Of a stretch of 64,000 nt of DNA, positions 50,570-62,126 are shown one piece after another. A program made the translations under genes and the position numbers. Source of the stretch: Trichodelitschia bisporula (taxonomy: Eukaryota); NCBI GenBank assembly GCA_010356995.1, contig ML996697.1:554153-618152 (forward strand), given 5' to 3'. A model generated the notes under the pieces. That model was not told the origin of the DNA. It made no database searches and saw nothing but the letters and a program-made list of their open reading frames with translations. Every line of letters starts with the position of its first letter. Position 1 is the stretch's first letter.

Positions 50570-52282
50570 CCACAAACATACTAAGTGCCACGCGGCACAA
50601 GCAAGAAATGTGACACGTCACTCGCTTCCTTGCTTGCTCGCTGACAGGTCTGCGGCGTCAGCAGAACTACCGGGACAACTAGATAAATGCGTAAACTAAG
50701 TTTGCAGGCATAGTCAAATTCCAGAGCTGCATTGGACAGACCTGCTAGATCGCCTTGAATTCTTGGAAGCTCATATTCTTTTCCATGCCAATTCTCTGCC
50801 GCGCCATTTTTTCCACCGCTTGGGCGCAGAACCTCACCCTTTCGGCTTAAACGTATAACCCTATTAAAATTAGCCTTGATACAAGATTATTACCGTGGTA
50901 TGACTGAGTTGCGCTGAGAGAATATATAGGTTGATAAAAGTATATGGGCTGACGTGCAGATTACCGCTTGCTCTAAATACATTTATCCACCCGGAGGTAT
51001 TTTATCCGAGCGAAAAGACAGCTAGGTTCATACCTTTTTTTCACCTGGTTGGTACCAAGAACCCATTTGAATCCCGCAGAGGCCAGTTAGCGCCAACCGT
51101 AGGGAAGCCTTTCCAACCGTAAAATCGACTAGGGATGCTTTTCGTGCATGTATCACAATGGAATGAGTGCGAAATTGGTCGTGTTAGAGAGGCAGGTCTT
51201 GTAATACAGAAAACAAAGTCCCGAACATCCATGGCGCTCGATGGCATGCTGACTTTCGGTGTAAAGTTGAGCATATCAAAGGGTCCTGGGGCTAAGTAGG
51301 AGGGTCGTGGTATGCACACCAAGAATTTAGGATTGTGGGCCCAACGCTTCCCAGGAAAGATACCCACTCGAGATAACGCAAAATGATTTTTAGCACATTT
51401 CTCAGATAGTCCTAGCATCGAAAATGTACCCTCAAACCGGGGTTAGGCATTTACCTTTCACTTTTGTGGTCGTACCGTAGTGGCAAATTGTCAGTGAATG
51501 AGGACGGCAGCTTTTCTGGACCTTTGCCTTTCGCATGCGTACCAGTTACGTATGTTGCCGAACGCCCTCTTTAGGGCAATGCCCATGTACCTCTAAGGGC
51601 GACACTCATGCGCAGCCCCTTCATTCTAGCCAGACATGTCCGACCTGGGTGAGTTGGATGGTTCAGCCAGCTTAGCAATCAGGGTGTTGAGGCAGGCATT
51701 AGGGTGGTGGAGCAGTTATTATTATTGAGTTATGGCAGTTATCACTATTGCACGTGTCACGGTATGACACCTGGTTTTGCAGCTCCACGGGCTCGCACCA
51801 TAACCGGATTTATGTGGGGCTTGGCGCTGTGCCAAGCCGCCACACTCACACTCACACTCCAGGCCTACTTACCCGCAGTCCCTGACATCTTTGCTTCGTA
51901 GCTTTACAATCTACGTCTTACCCACATCTTGATCGTGCATGCGTGATTGTTGACGGTGACAACACGGCAGGGAGCACTGCTCTATAGCAGGCATAATTAG
52001 GTTATAGTAGCTGGCTCAGGTGAATTGTTTGCTTGTATGCCCCACTCAGGAAAAGACCACCGACGAGTGGGCTCTCCCGATTGGGACTAGCGCAGCAGTG
52101 CTCGCATCCTATAGGTAGCTTGCTTCCTCCCATATCTCTCACCAAGCATCATCTCTCTCTCATCCACTCACTCTCATGTTCGTGACGTTCATCACGTTCC
52201 GATAAGACACCCCCAGCCCCATTTTACTCTCAAACCCGTTTCAAGCTAGCCAGGCGAAGGTGGGAGCCTGATCCATCTCGTG

Positions 52283-52472
52283 TACTGCGGGAGTCCTCAC
52301 TGGCGTGCTCACGTGCGTTCTCGCGAGCGTTCTCGCGGGCGTCCTTATAGCTGGAGGACCAATTAGAGAACAAAATTAGTTTACATAAGAAAGTGTTAGA
52401 AACTTCCGCTTGCTAATTTGTCCGCTAGTTACGAAGACGCCGGCGAGGGCACCAGCGAAGACGCTCGCAGTA
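52283..52472. mobile_element. Foldback/MITE subfamily B copy with expanded 12-bp subterminal repeats
   Basis: tactgcggg...ctcgcagta. Tandem units gagtcctcactg/gcgtgctcacgt/gcgttctcgcga/gcgttctcgcgg. gtccgctagttacgaa is shared with the 50.5-kb copy. Confidence 0.78.
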
Positions 52473-55400
52473 TGTCAACCACGCCTTGCCTCCTTTTTTC
52501 AATTGCTCAGTCTCACCTCGCTCTGTGTTCCCCAACTCCTGAATGGCGGTCGCACGCCGTTATGGTTTCCCCAAGACATCTCGGCGTAATTTATCACCCA
52601 AGCACATGGCAAGCATCGCTGGGTGACTTACAAATAGAGCGGTATATTTAGGGTCTCGTATCATCATCATATATCAAGATGGATACCACTCACTCCCTCA
52701 GATGCAGCGTACCATGTAACGAAGTAGCGTCAGATGATGTTAGAAGCTTACCAAGCACCTTCGAGCACCGTGCGTACTATGGTAGCAAGCCAAATATATG
52801 GCGAATGTGTCTCCGGTGTGGCGTTAGTGTGAGCCAATCAAATAACCCATAATATGTCCTGCTAACTATAGAGAATATGGCTAAGCAGCGCCTCGAATGG
52901 ACCTACTCGCCGTATATTAGGCCTGCTACTGTATTAGCCCTAATACATGTTGAATCCTACCTATATGCTCTGCCTACTGACAAACACTCGTACGTCGCAG
53001 TCATTGCCCGAGGATGTGTTGCTAAATGGGGAGTAGGTGTGCGGGAAATATGACCCTTCCGCCTATGGAATGCATTCCATCTCAATAGATCCCCTTCATA
53101 CATTACCTCGACCTAAAGAACTGCCACGGAAGAATAATGCGGCATACGTATAAATGTATAAATTCTATTTAACGTCCAATACGGTTCCTGAAGGCCCATA
53201 CAGACGGATAGTTAACTGGCACGTAAAACTATATCAATGCTGCACATATGAAGCCTCCGGAGTTGATACAGCTTCACAGTCAATGCAGATGGTTGGTGCG
53301 GCAAGCAAGGCTCATGTTGGTCTTCGCAAAAAATTATGGATGGCGCTCTGCGAACGGGATTGGACAATTGGAGCCAAAGAGCTGATCAGGATGGCAACGT
53401 TACAAGCAGCTTCCGGAGGCTTCGGTACCTGTGGCTTTATATAGCGGAGGGTATCAGACAACCTTCGAAGTCTTCGCTTCTTTTATTCAACCACGCGAGG
53501 TGATTATACTGCGTTGCAAACTATATCTTATCTACTGGACCATGTTGTTGGACTGGAGAAGCTGAGAACAGATGAAACAAAGGTTTCTGTTGATTGACGT
53601 AGACTGAAATGTCGAGTGTAACATGTGGGCAACTCGTACTATATAGGAAATATGAAACAGGAATGACGTCGAGCCAAAGATACGACGAAACAAGACAACG
53701 GAGGTAAGCAATCCCGAGCGCTAACAGATACCGGCTACAAAGATACCGAGTGCGAAGTGATACAGGAACTTACAATATCAGAAGGCTGTAACACATGGGA
53801 ATCCGTCTAACACATACCCCTCGGACGGTGAGAGAGATCAGAATCGCCGATTCTGCTGGGAACTGGGCGCATGAAACCTCGAAAGCACACCGTCTTTCAA
53901 CCAACTGGACCAGGCAGTACCTGGTCTGTTAACTAGAATTCGAGTCTATAGTAATCTGGCAACTGGCCTCAACTGCGGGGGCTCCGGTAATCAGAGACGT
54001 GCACTGTACTCAGATTCTGAGCTTCCGACATACTGTAATATCATCATGCTGCGGTCTTTGAGCTTTGCCAACCTGGAGCACATGGAGGTACCTCAGCTCG
54101 CGTGGGTGGCCAACTCATTTCAATGAGGAGCTCCTGGGCCGAAGAAATTCACGTCCAGTAAAGGGGGATTCGTCAAAGTCGTTCTAAGCATCGGATGAAC
54201 AGGATGCAATCTCTTCTGGAGTGCGTGGAAATGCCTGCTCCGGATATACAAGCGTTCATGACTCTTGCCTGTCACTTCGTCATAGCGTACTGTGATTGCT
54301 GCTGGCTTCAGATGCTGCGGGCAGTTCAGGAACTTACCTTCATCTTACAGAATGGCAACATTGTGAATGTGATATGCCTTACCCGACGCTGGCCTTACCA
54401 TACCTATCAATCAAAGTCACCCTTGCGGCGAATGGACTCCTCGATTAAGCGGCGTCGGGTGGAACGGGAGCCAGCTATCAATGGTGCCCACGCGGGTAGG
54501 TGCGTGTGCACCCGATGGCGTGCAGTTTGGTGCATGCCCGGGATCAAGCCGAGCCAAAGAATCAGTCCTACCGAGTTGCGACTCGGGTGATTTGCGAACG
54601 CTATTTGTCTGACCTTAAGCTGGAGTTCTGTCATACTTAGGATCAGTAAGGGCTGCACAAGTTCTAGGCGGCTGTACGCAGCACTTGACCTGACCGGCGG
54701 AGAGATGAGTAGATGAAGAGTGGTGAGAACTGTACAATATAGCCTCATCTGTGCTGGCGTGGGGCATGAAGGGCTCATGGCTGACTGGTTCTCACTTATT
54801 TTCGTCCCCGCGTCGGGGGTTCGTTGCCCAGCGCCGTTTTCATGTACGACTCGACATGTGGTGCGACGGGAGTGTCCGGGCAGGTTTAAATATATTTGCC
54901 GGGTTATTTTGAAGAGACGAGATGAGTTGTCTCGTTGACTGAGTTCGTTCGTTTGCATAAAATGAGCGGTTTGACGTCTAGAAGTTTGAACTAGGCGCGG
55001 CTAGAGGGTCCTTGAGCACTTGGCGCGGCTAGCGATCGCTTGTTGGATCGATCTGCCTGGCCCCTGTTCATGTGGGGACGACATTTGACGTCGGATAGGT
55101 GAAGTGCACGAAAGAATTGGGCAACACCCACAAAGGTTGCACTGAATCCAAGTGATGATGCTGCTGCAAAGGGGCAGTTCGTTGTCTAGAGGGTGCGGGC
55201 TTATCCAATGACAGAACGGAAGCGTTGAAGCTGAGGCTGAAGCTGGCGGAGGAGGAGAAATTAGAGAGTGGCACTCTGACACAGTATAGCGAGGCGATCC
55301 TGTCCCATACTCCGCCTGACTGCACCGTGCTGCTGCTGCACCGCACAGGGTTCTGCACTGTCTGGCGCTGTACTGTTTCTAGGTAGCACAGCGTCCATCG

Positions 55401-55832
55401 ACGAGGCTAGGTGCCAGGCATCGTGGGAACTTTTCCCTCTGTCGTCCTTCTGTCAGTTAGCCGTCTACCATCACCGTACAGTGCAACCTCTTTGGAGCGT
55501 ACATATTGAGACCTGCAGAGTGAATGGATCGGGGTGCCTCTCTTTCCGTCTCAAGGCGTGAAGTTGTGGAGGTTGTAAAGTCGTGGAGGTTGTGGAGGTT
55601 GTAAAGTTTGCGGAGGTAGAACTAGTCAATGAGCCAAAAGACCTCAACTTCCCGAAAGCGCAAGAGCGATGCCCGCCTGCTCCCTCCCACGCCTTCCTCA
55701 ACACCCGCCACTATCTGCCTCATCGTCATCTTCCCCAATGCCCCGCACCACTGCTCTAGCCTCACCATTGCATTCGACCATCAGCACAAACTCTATACAT
55801 AGCTCCATTGAGAGCTCCCAACGCATGGAGAT

Positions 55833-57642
55833 ATGGCCGCCCTGGGGGCTAGAAATGGTACGCTCCCTGCTCCCCTGCTTCCTTCCCCCCCTCCGTGAAT
55901 TCCCCCGCGAACCCCTGCCTTGTGGGCCGCGGCGACGGCAAACGCACCTGGGTCTGTCTTTCTTTCTGCTCCGAGCATGGCCATGTACATACGTACCAAC
56001 TTATTTACTGCATCCCGCTGCCGTCGTTAACAATGTGCGCTAAACAGGCATTGTCTCTCTGCCTCAGCTTCAGGCGAGAGATACTACGGCCTGGCACATG
56101 CTCTCTCCGCACGAGCAGACCGTGCTCGAGGCGATTGAGCGCACCATGTCGGTCTTGTCCATTCTAGGGTTCCTCGCAATCTTCTCCACCTACATGATGT
56201 TCCGGAGCTTTCGCCGCAAGTTGTTCAACAAATTCATGTTCTGCGCCTCCTTTGGTAACGTGGGAACCAACCTTGGGACGATCATCGCCACTTCCGGTAT
56301 CAGAAAAGGAGCGGGAAGCCCGGGGTGTCGCATGCAGGCTTTCATGATCGATTGGTATGTGTTACAGCTCACGAGCCTTGTTCAGGAACTGCGTCTAACG
56401 CTCTCCGAGGCTGATGCCAGGCGACGCGCTCTGGGCGATGTGCATGGCCTTGACCATCTTCTTCCAGTTCCACACGTCCATTAATATTGAGAGTCCAAAG
56501 CTGGCTCTGACGTATGCTTTCGTGTGCTACTGCATCCCGCTGGTACCTGCTCTGACCTTTCTGATCATGGACGTTACCCGGGGCAAGGCGTACTACGGCG
56601 ATGCAACGGTAAGAACTTCTCCAGCAAGCAGTGCATGCTGACGGGATAGATATGGTGCTGGATTGGTCATAACCACAACTCTCTACGCATTAGCTCGTTC
56701 TACGGACCCGTCTGGTATGTAATCCTCTGCCATCACTTCTGCACTTGGCTGATCCCGCAGGGGCGTGATTATCATTACCATGTTCTTGTATGCCTACACA
56801 GCGTCCACCATCATGGGACGCTCTGGTAGGCGCCTGGATAAAACGGTCAAGCTCTCCGCCTTGCAGAAGCACACCCAAATTTCGCAGACTTCGGAGCCGC
56901 GTGACTCTGCGCTCGACGGTAGCAGCATTGCGAACGCGGACGGAAACGGCGGTATCCCGGCACCGGTTCCGAAGACGCCGTCCAACTGGTTCATGAAGCT
57001 TCTGAGCACCCAAAATACACTGCCGTGCCGCAAGATATGCGGAATTGCAACGCGCCCGGCGACGGTGACGACAGTGGTCAGCACGCCACCGACTGGAGTG
57101 CCGTATACCCAGCAGAAATCGCGCACCAACCATGGAGTTAGACGCTACGCCTTGGTCGCCTTCATGATCTTCATCGCGCTCCTAGTGGTTTGGGTTCGTC
57201 TCGCGCGATACAATTTCGACAACGCTAACAAAATTAGGTTCCGGCCACGGTCAACCGCGTTTGGGGCCTTGTTAGTCTAAACCACACAAATTTCGCCATC
57301 AACGCTGTTTCCGCCGCCGTGCTCCCGCTGCAAGGCTTTCTAAACGGCTGCGTCTACCTCTTTTTCTCGCGTGTGGAGCTCGCTGCGGAGTGGGCGCGCT
57401 GGCGTGAAAGCTGGACCGCCAGACCCAAATCCACGAACGCGCATGCCGAAGCGTCCAATAAGAACGTTAACGCTGAGGCGGTGCAGGCGCTGCGCTCCGC
57501 CCGCACGAGGAGCAGCGATGCAGAGGACGGTCTAACGGTGGAGGAAATGTTGGCAGATCTTGAGGCTGAAGAGGGTCGGGGGCGCCGTGAGCGGGGAGGC
57601 TGGGGCGAGCGGATTAGACACAGCTGGCATCGTCGTTTCTAG
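55833..57642 (+). CDS. cAMP-receptor-like (Dicty_CAR/CRL) G-protein-coupled receptor; 6 exons
   Basis: Introns 55858-56047, 56355-56409, 56609-56649, 56715-56760, 57194-57237. Multiple hydrophobic segments consistent with 7TM. Motifs CRMQAFMIDWLMPGDALW, YGDATIWCWI, FYGPVW, WVPATVNRV, LPLQGFLN. Confidence 0.88.
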
Positions 57643-57965
57643 TCCCCACAAAAACTGACATCGGTAGGAGTTGGGGTTGTGGCGTTGCTGGAAGGGTGAT
57701 TGCGGAGGTCTGGTTTTCGCGGCGTATTTACTGATGAACTCCGATCGGATGACGGCGTATCTGCGATTGGCATGGCGGGTTACTCTAGACTGATGTGGCG
57801 CAATGATATGTTCCAGCTCTGTGAGACCGTTCCGTATTGTTAGATCTCGATGGCCTGCTGTCGGTTGCGTGGTGCTTCACCCGTGATGGAGGAGAGATCA
57901 CGTGATGGTGGGCATAACTACAGAGCAGGCTTCCTTGTCTTGCCTTCCCTTCACCAACGCGACCA

Positions 57966-59194
57966 TCACTTTTGAACAACGCCTGAACCGCAATCGGGAG
58001 CTGGTACCGGCGGATCGACTGGCACAACAGGAGCAGGGCCCGGCGCGCGGTCGGCGCGCACTAATACCGCAATCACACCGCCCGTCTGAAGCGGAAACGG
58101 ACGGTGGCCAAGCGCGCGGAGCATCGCCGCAATAGACCCCGAGTGGCTTGATAGGGCCACAAACATGCCCGGCTCGGTAGCAAAAATGTTGCGGAGCAGA
58201 GCACGCAGCCGCTCCGTGTGATGGCTCGTCGATTCGCGCAGCTCTGGAACCCATAGCGGGTCTTGCTCTGGAAAGCCGGGCTCGAAGGTAACAGAGGGGT
58301 GCGCAGCCCTGATGGCACTGCGCGTCGAGCGCCGGTCGCATGTGTGCACGCCCAGGGCTTCGCGAAGGAGTTCCTTGACTATGGGACGGAAAGGGCACGA
58401 GTGGGGCAACGGCAGGTCAGCATACGTCAAGTTTGCGGTCGCGACGCAGCGGTCTAGCGGGCTGGTGTAGTATGCCTCGGGCGCGGGTATTTTAGCTTCG
58501 GACAGTGCGTGGCGCCAAAATGCGTTTGTGTTGAGGGCTTGCTTGATCCCAGTGGGCGTGAGATGCGCGTCCGACCAGGTTATGGTTCCGTTGCCGTCGA
58601 GTTTGGACCAGTAGCACTAAGAAGTGAGTTTGAGCTCGCGGACGAGGCGGGATACGTACATTCCAGGCGGGGGTACCGTAAAATGCCTCAGCAACGTTAT
58701 GGTAGCCCTCGCCGTGGCGGCCCACGAATAGCACCTTGTAGTGGACGCTGTTGCCGGGGTTGGCGTCAAGCTTGCGAACGAAATGCTCGAAGCGCTGCCA
58801 TTGCGTTTTGGTGCCGGTGGGATCGAAGAGCAGGTCCGAGGGGTAGGTACGGTTTATGAGGCCGAGATTGGAGCTTGCCTGAGAGAGGTGAGCTGCGGTG
58901 TATAGAGTAACCCCAGGGACGGGGTACATACGTAGTCGAAGCGATCTGGGTCGGTGGCATTGTCGTCTTGCTGGAAGAAGCCCGTCACTGTCGATAGTTG
59001 GAGGTGATACTCGGTGCTGGTGAAGGCATTGACGGGGAAAGGGCTGGAGATTGAGTTCATGAGGAACAATACACTAAGGATGGATATGACAGGACTACAG
59101 TTGGCGAAAGTTAGTCTCTTTGCAAGGCGGCGAGAATGATAACTAGAAAAGGAACCTACGCAATGAACCAAAAGCGGTGGCCACGACAGTTCAT
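57966..59194 (-). CDS. Secreted/membrane-targeted histidine phosphatase (PMU1-like phosphoglycerate mutase family); 4 exons
   Basis: Introns 59095-59159, 58879-58931, 58617-58659. Motifs GRHGEGYHN, DAHLTPTG, SPLDRC, ELLREALGVHTCDRRS, SSHSG. An alternative in-frame ATG lies at 59224. Confidence 0.88.
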
Positions 59195-62126
59195 GGAGCC
59201 AAACGGGTGTAGATACGCGTTCATAGGGTCAAACACTTCTGAATGTCCAAAGTACGCTGCACGCTGGGGGTATCATGATGGAGAATAGAAGACGTTCGAG
59301 GAGCGCATTGAGTGTGGAGTGTTGCTGAGGGGTTGAACGAAAAATTGTTTGCTACAAGACCAGGCGACGCGACGCGAACCGCCAATGATCTCATCGACTC
59401 CGGGCACGGGCATCCAGGGGACTTTCTCCATCGTCGTCATCCAAACATGGACATCTACGACGAGCAAGAAACCTCTGGCGCGTCATATCTGTACTATACA
59501 GAGAGTCGTTAGCCTCTACGCCAAGTCATCGCCATCATGTCAGCGTAATTCTACTTGGTACTTCGCTACCTTCCTCTTGGAGAGTCTGGGTTGGTGGTCA
59601 GATCATTAACCGGCCGTTCCTCGTATTATTGATTCTGACGACCAGTGTTAGAAAAGGTATTGCGTGTCTCCCCGGAAGAGTGCCGACTCAACCGATCCTT
59701 GAGTCGATACATCTACCCGCCGGCTCAATGTCTCGAAGATTCGAAAAGTGCAAATCCAGGAGTTGACGTAGCCTTCTGGCCCGCAGTTTCCCAAGCACAC
59801 GACGAAGCACCAGACCCTCGGCTTGCCGTTCACTTGTCTGCATGCCTAGGAACTCGGGCCTTAACGAGCGGCACTCAGCTCCATTTCGTGCCAGTTCCTT
59901 TTGCACATCTTAAGACATGGTACTGTTGAAAGCCAAAAAGCTTCCAGGTCATTGTTTGGGGGGATTTGCTTCCTTTGAACCTCTGGACCTCGATGACTAG
60001 ACCCTCGACGGGCAGAAAGTATCGCAGTAGGACGCTTGACTTGTACCTACTGTTGCCCGTTCAAGTAATGCGCCACAATCGACGGGCTAGAAATTCCCAC
60101 CAAGCTCCTGCAGCAACCGCGATGCTGGCCACCGGACTCCAAAAGCAGCCAAGCGTTGGATGGCAAGATTACTGGCGAGCCCGTCGTGGCGGAGATATTG
60201 GACTGCAGTTCCCATGTCTGCGGCTGTGGCGAACCGCGATCCTTTGGTAGCGATGCCACTCCCTAAGCATCAACAGACGGGCCTATGCTACGTAAGGCAA
60301 TTGCGCGATACCGAACCCTCAGGCATGTCAGGTACACCCGAGCTGCATGCCTCCCATGTTTCTGCTCTTGGATTTTCGGTTTCTCGTTCACATGTTGTCT
60401 CCCCACCTTCCACCACCCACAGGGAATCTCCGTATCTGCAACTGTCATTGCGAAGGGTAACACATGGCCAAGAGCACCAGATGGGATACCAAATGCCCAC
60501 GCGACCGACAACTGGCAGGCCCAGCGGTAGCCCACGCTTTAATATTGGCACCCAATTCTTGGCCGCGAAGAAGGCCCCAGTATGCAGAGATCTGGCAAAG
60601 GGCGAGAGCACATCCGGAGCTGGCACTGGAGATGAGGTACTCGCCGTGTGACCTGGTCAATAATGGGATATTGCAGACGAGAGGTCTCCATGGAGCCTGG
60701 CTCAGGCGTCAGGAACGCAGTCCTGTCTTCCTACCCAGGGCGAATCAAGGCCCAGCCCATGCGGTGCACGTATTCCGCGGAAGGTCGTCCAGCCCCACCG
60801 GCGATTTCCAGAAAAGCCGCCACCAGGCTGCATTCGCTCGGCCGGGCGTCACGCTCCGGCAGTCCCAAAGTGTTGCCGGGTAACCCACGAATTCTCTGAG
60901 ACCCATGGCCCCTTCAGTCTTTCGCTGGGCAACTACTCCAGGGCTCTCTAGGTGATCGCTTTCCATTTGGCTGCCCGAAGTGGCGTGCCGAAGGGCACGA
61001 CATACAAGCATAAAGGCAAGTACCTGGTGGCGGTCCGGATCTTCGGACGCACCCATGTTCGTGCTCGCAGCACACCAGGATCAGTTGGGCGGTTCGACGC
61101 GAAGCGTCCAAATCAACGTGTGCGGAGCTCGGGGGGGTGCGAGGGTTTCGTGATGAGGCTGCCAACGCTTGACGTGGTCGCACGTGCCGTGCACCAGGGC
61201 TTTCGGCGTACCGTCCAGCATCCCCCGGATCTCCCGAGACATGGGTTGGGCGTGCCGCTAGCACGCAACCGGTCAAATTCAATCGCGCCGAATCTCCAAG
61301 CTGTTCGCCAACTGTGCCGAATGTCAACACCAATGCCGTGCCGTCTCAATCACAACCGGCCACCCACAAAAGGCAACTCTTCGAGATCTGTATACAAGCT
61401 TGTTGATGTAAGAGCTTCGGAAGCTAGACCGGGCGAATTCTCGGGCTCCGTTGGCCCTAATTGGCTCCCGCAAAGGCAAGCCAGGGTGTTTCTCCATATT
61501 ACTCTATCCGGCGCGCTGTCGCGTGTCTAACCCAACCATTAAACGAAGCTAATCATATTGCGACCCCGAAGCCATCTCTCTCGACCTCTCGTTACCGCAG
61601 CTCAAGGTTCCATTCCCCATGGGGCCTTTGCCGTGGCCAACTACCCCCCCGACTCCATCAATTCAAGACCTGGGATGCCTTGCATCATGGCCTTGACGCC
61701 CGCATCCCGTCGGACCCTTTCTCGAGCCTCGCACGACTGTGAGATCAGCCGCCACATCGTTGCCACAGTAGCTTGTTATTTCTATGGCTCAGTGTACGCT
61801 ATCTGCTGGGACCATTATTTCCCCACTGCTGGACTTCTTCTCCCACGAGCTCCATCTATTATCCCCCGCACCCGGACATCAATTGTGTTACAGACTTGAG
61901 TCCGGCCATATTACTTGCGGCCCTGACATATTCAACTATCTCTCCGAGGGCTTTTTTTGTAGTGCAAATCACCTATCCGATCTCTGGTTCACGCTTCGCA
62001 CTCGCTTCCACTTGCAACTCTTTCTTGTGCGGACTTTTACCTTGTTCATCAGCCATCGTTGCCTCGAAGGAAGGGTAGCTGAGCACAGCGAGGAGCAAGC
62101 TCAGTCTTCCGTTTGGGCCTGGCGGA

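Noticed and set aside
28109..59194. Two histidine phosphatases plus LMW-PTP as a functional cluster
   Set aside because: They belong to different subfamilies, lie far apart and are interspersed with unrelated housekeeping genes. No biosynthetic backbone gene is present.
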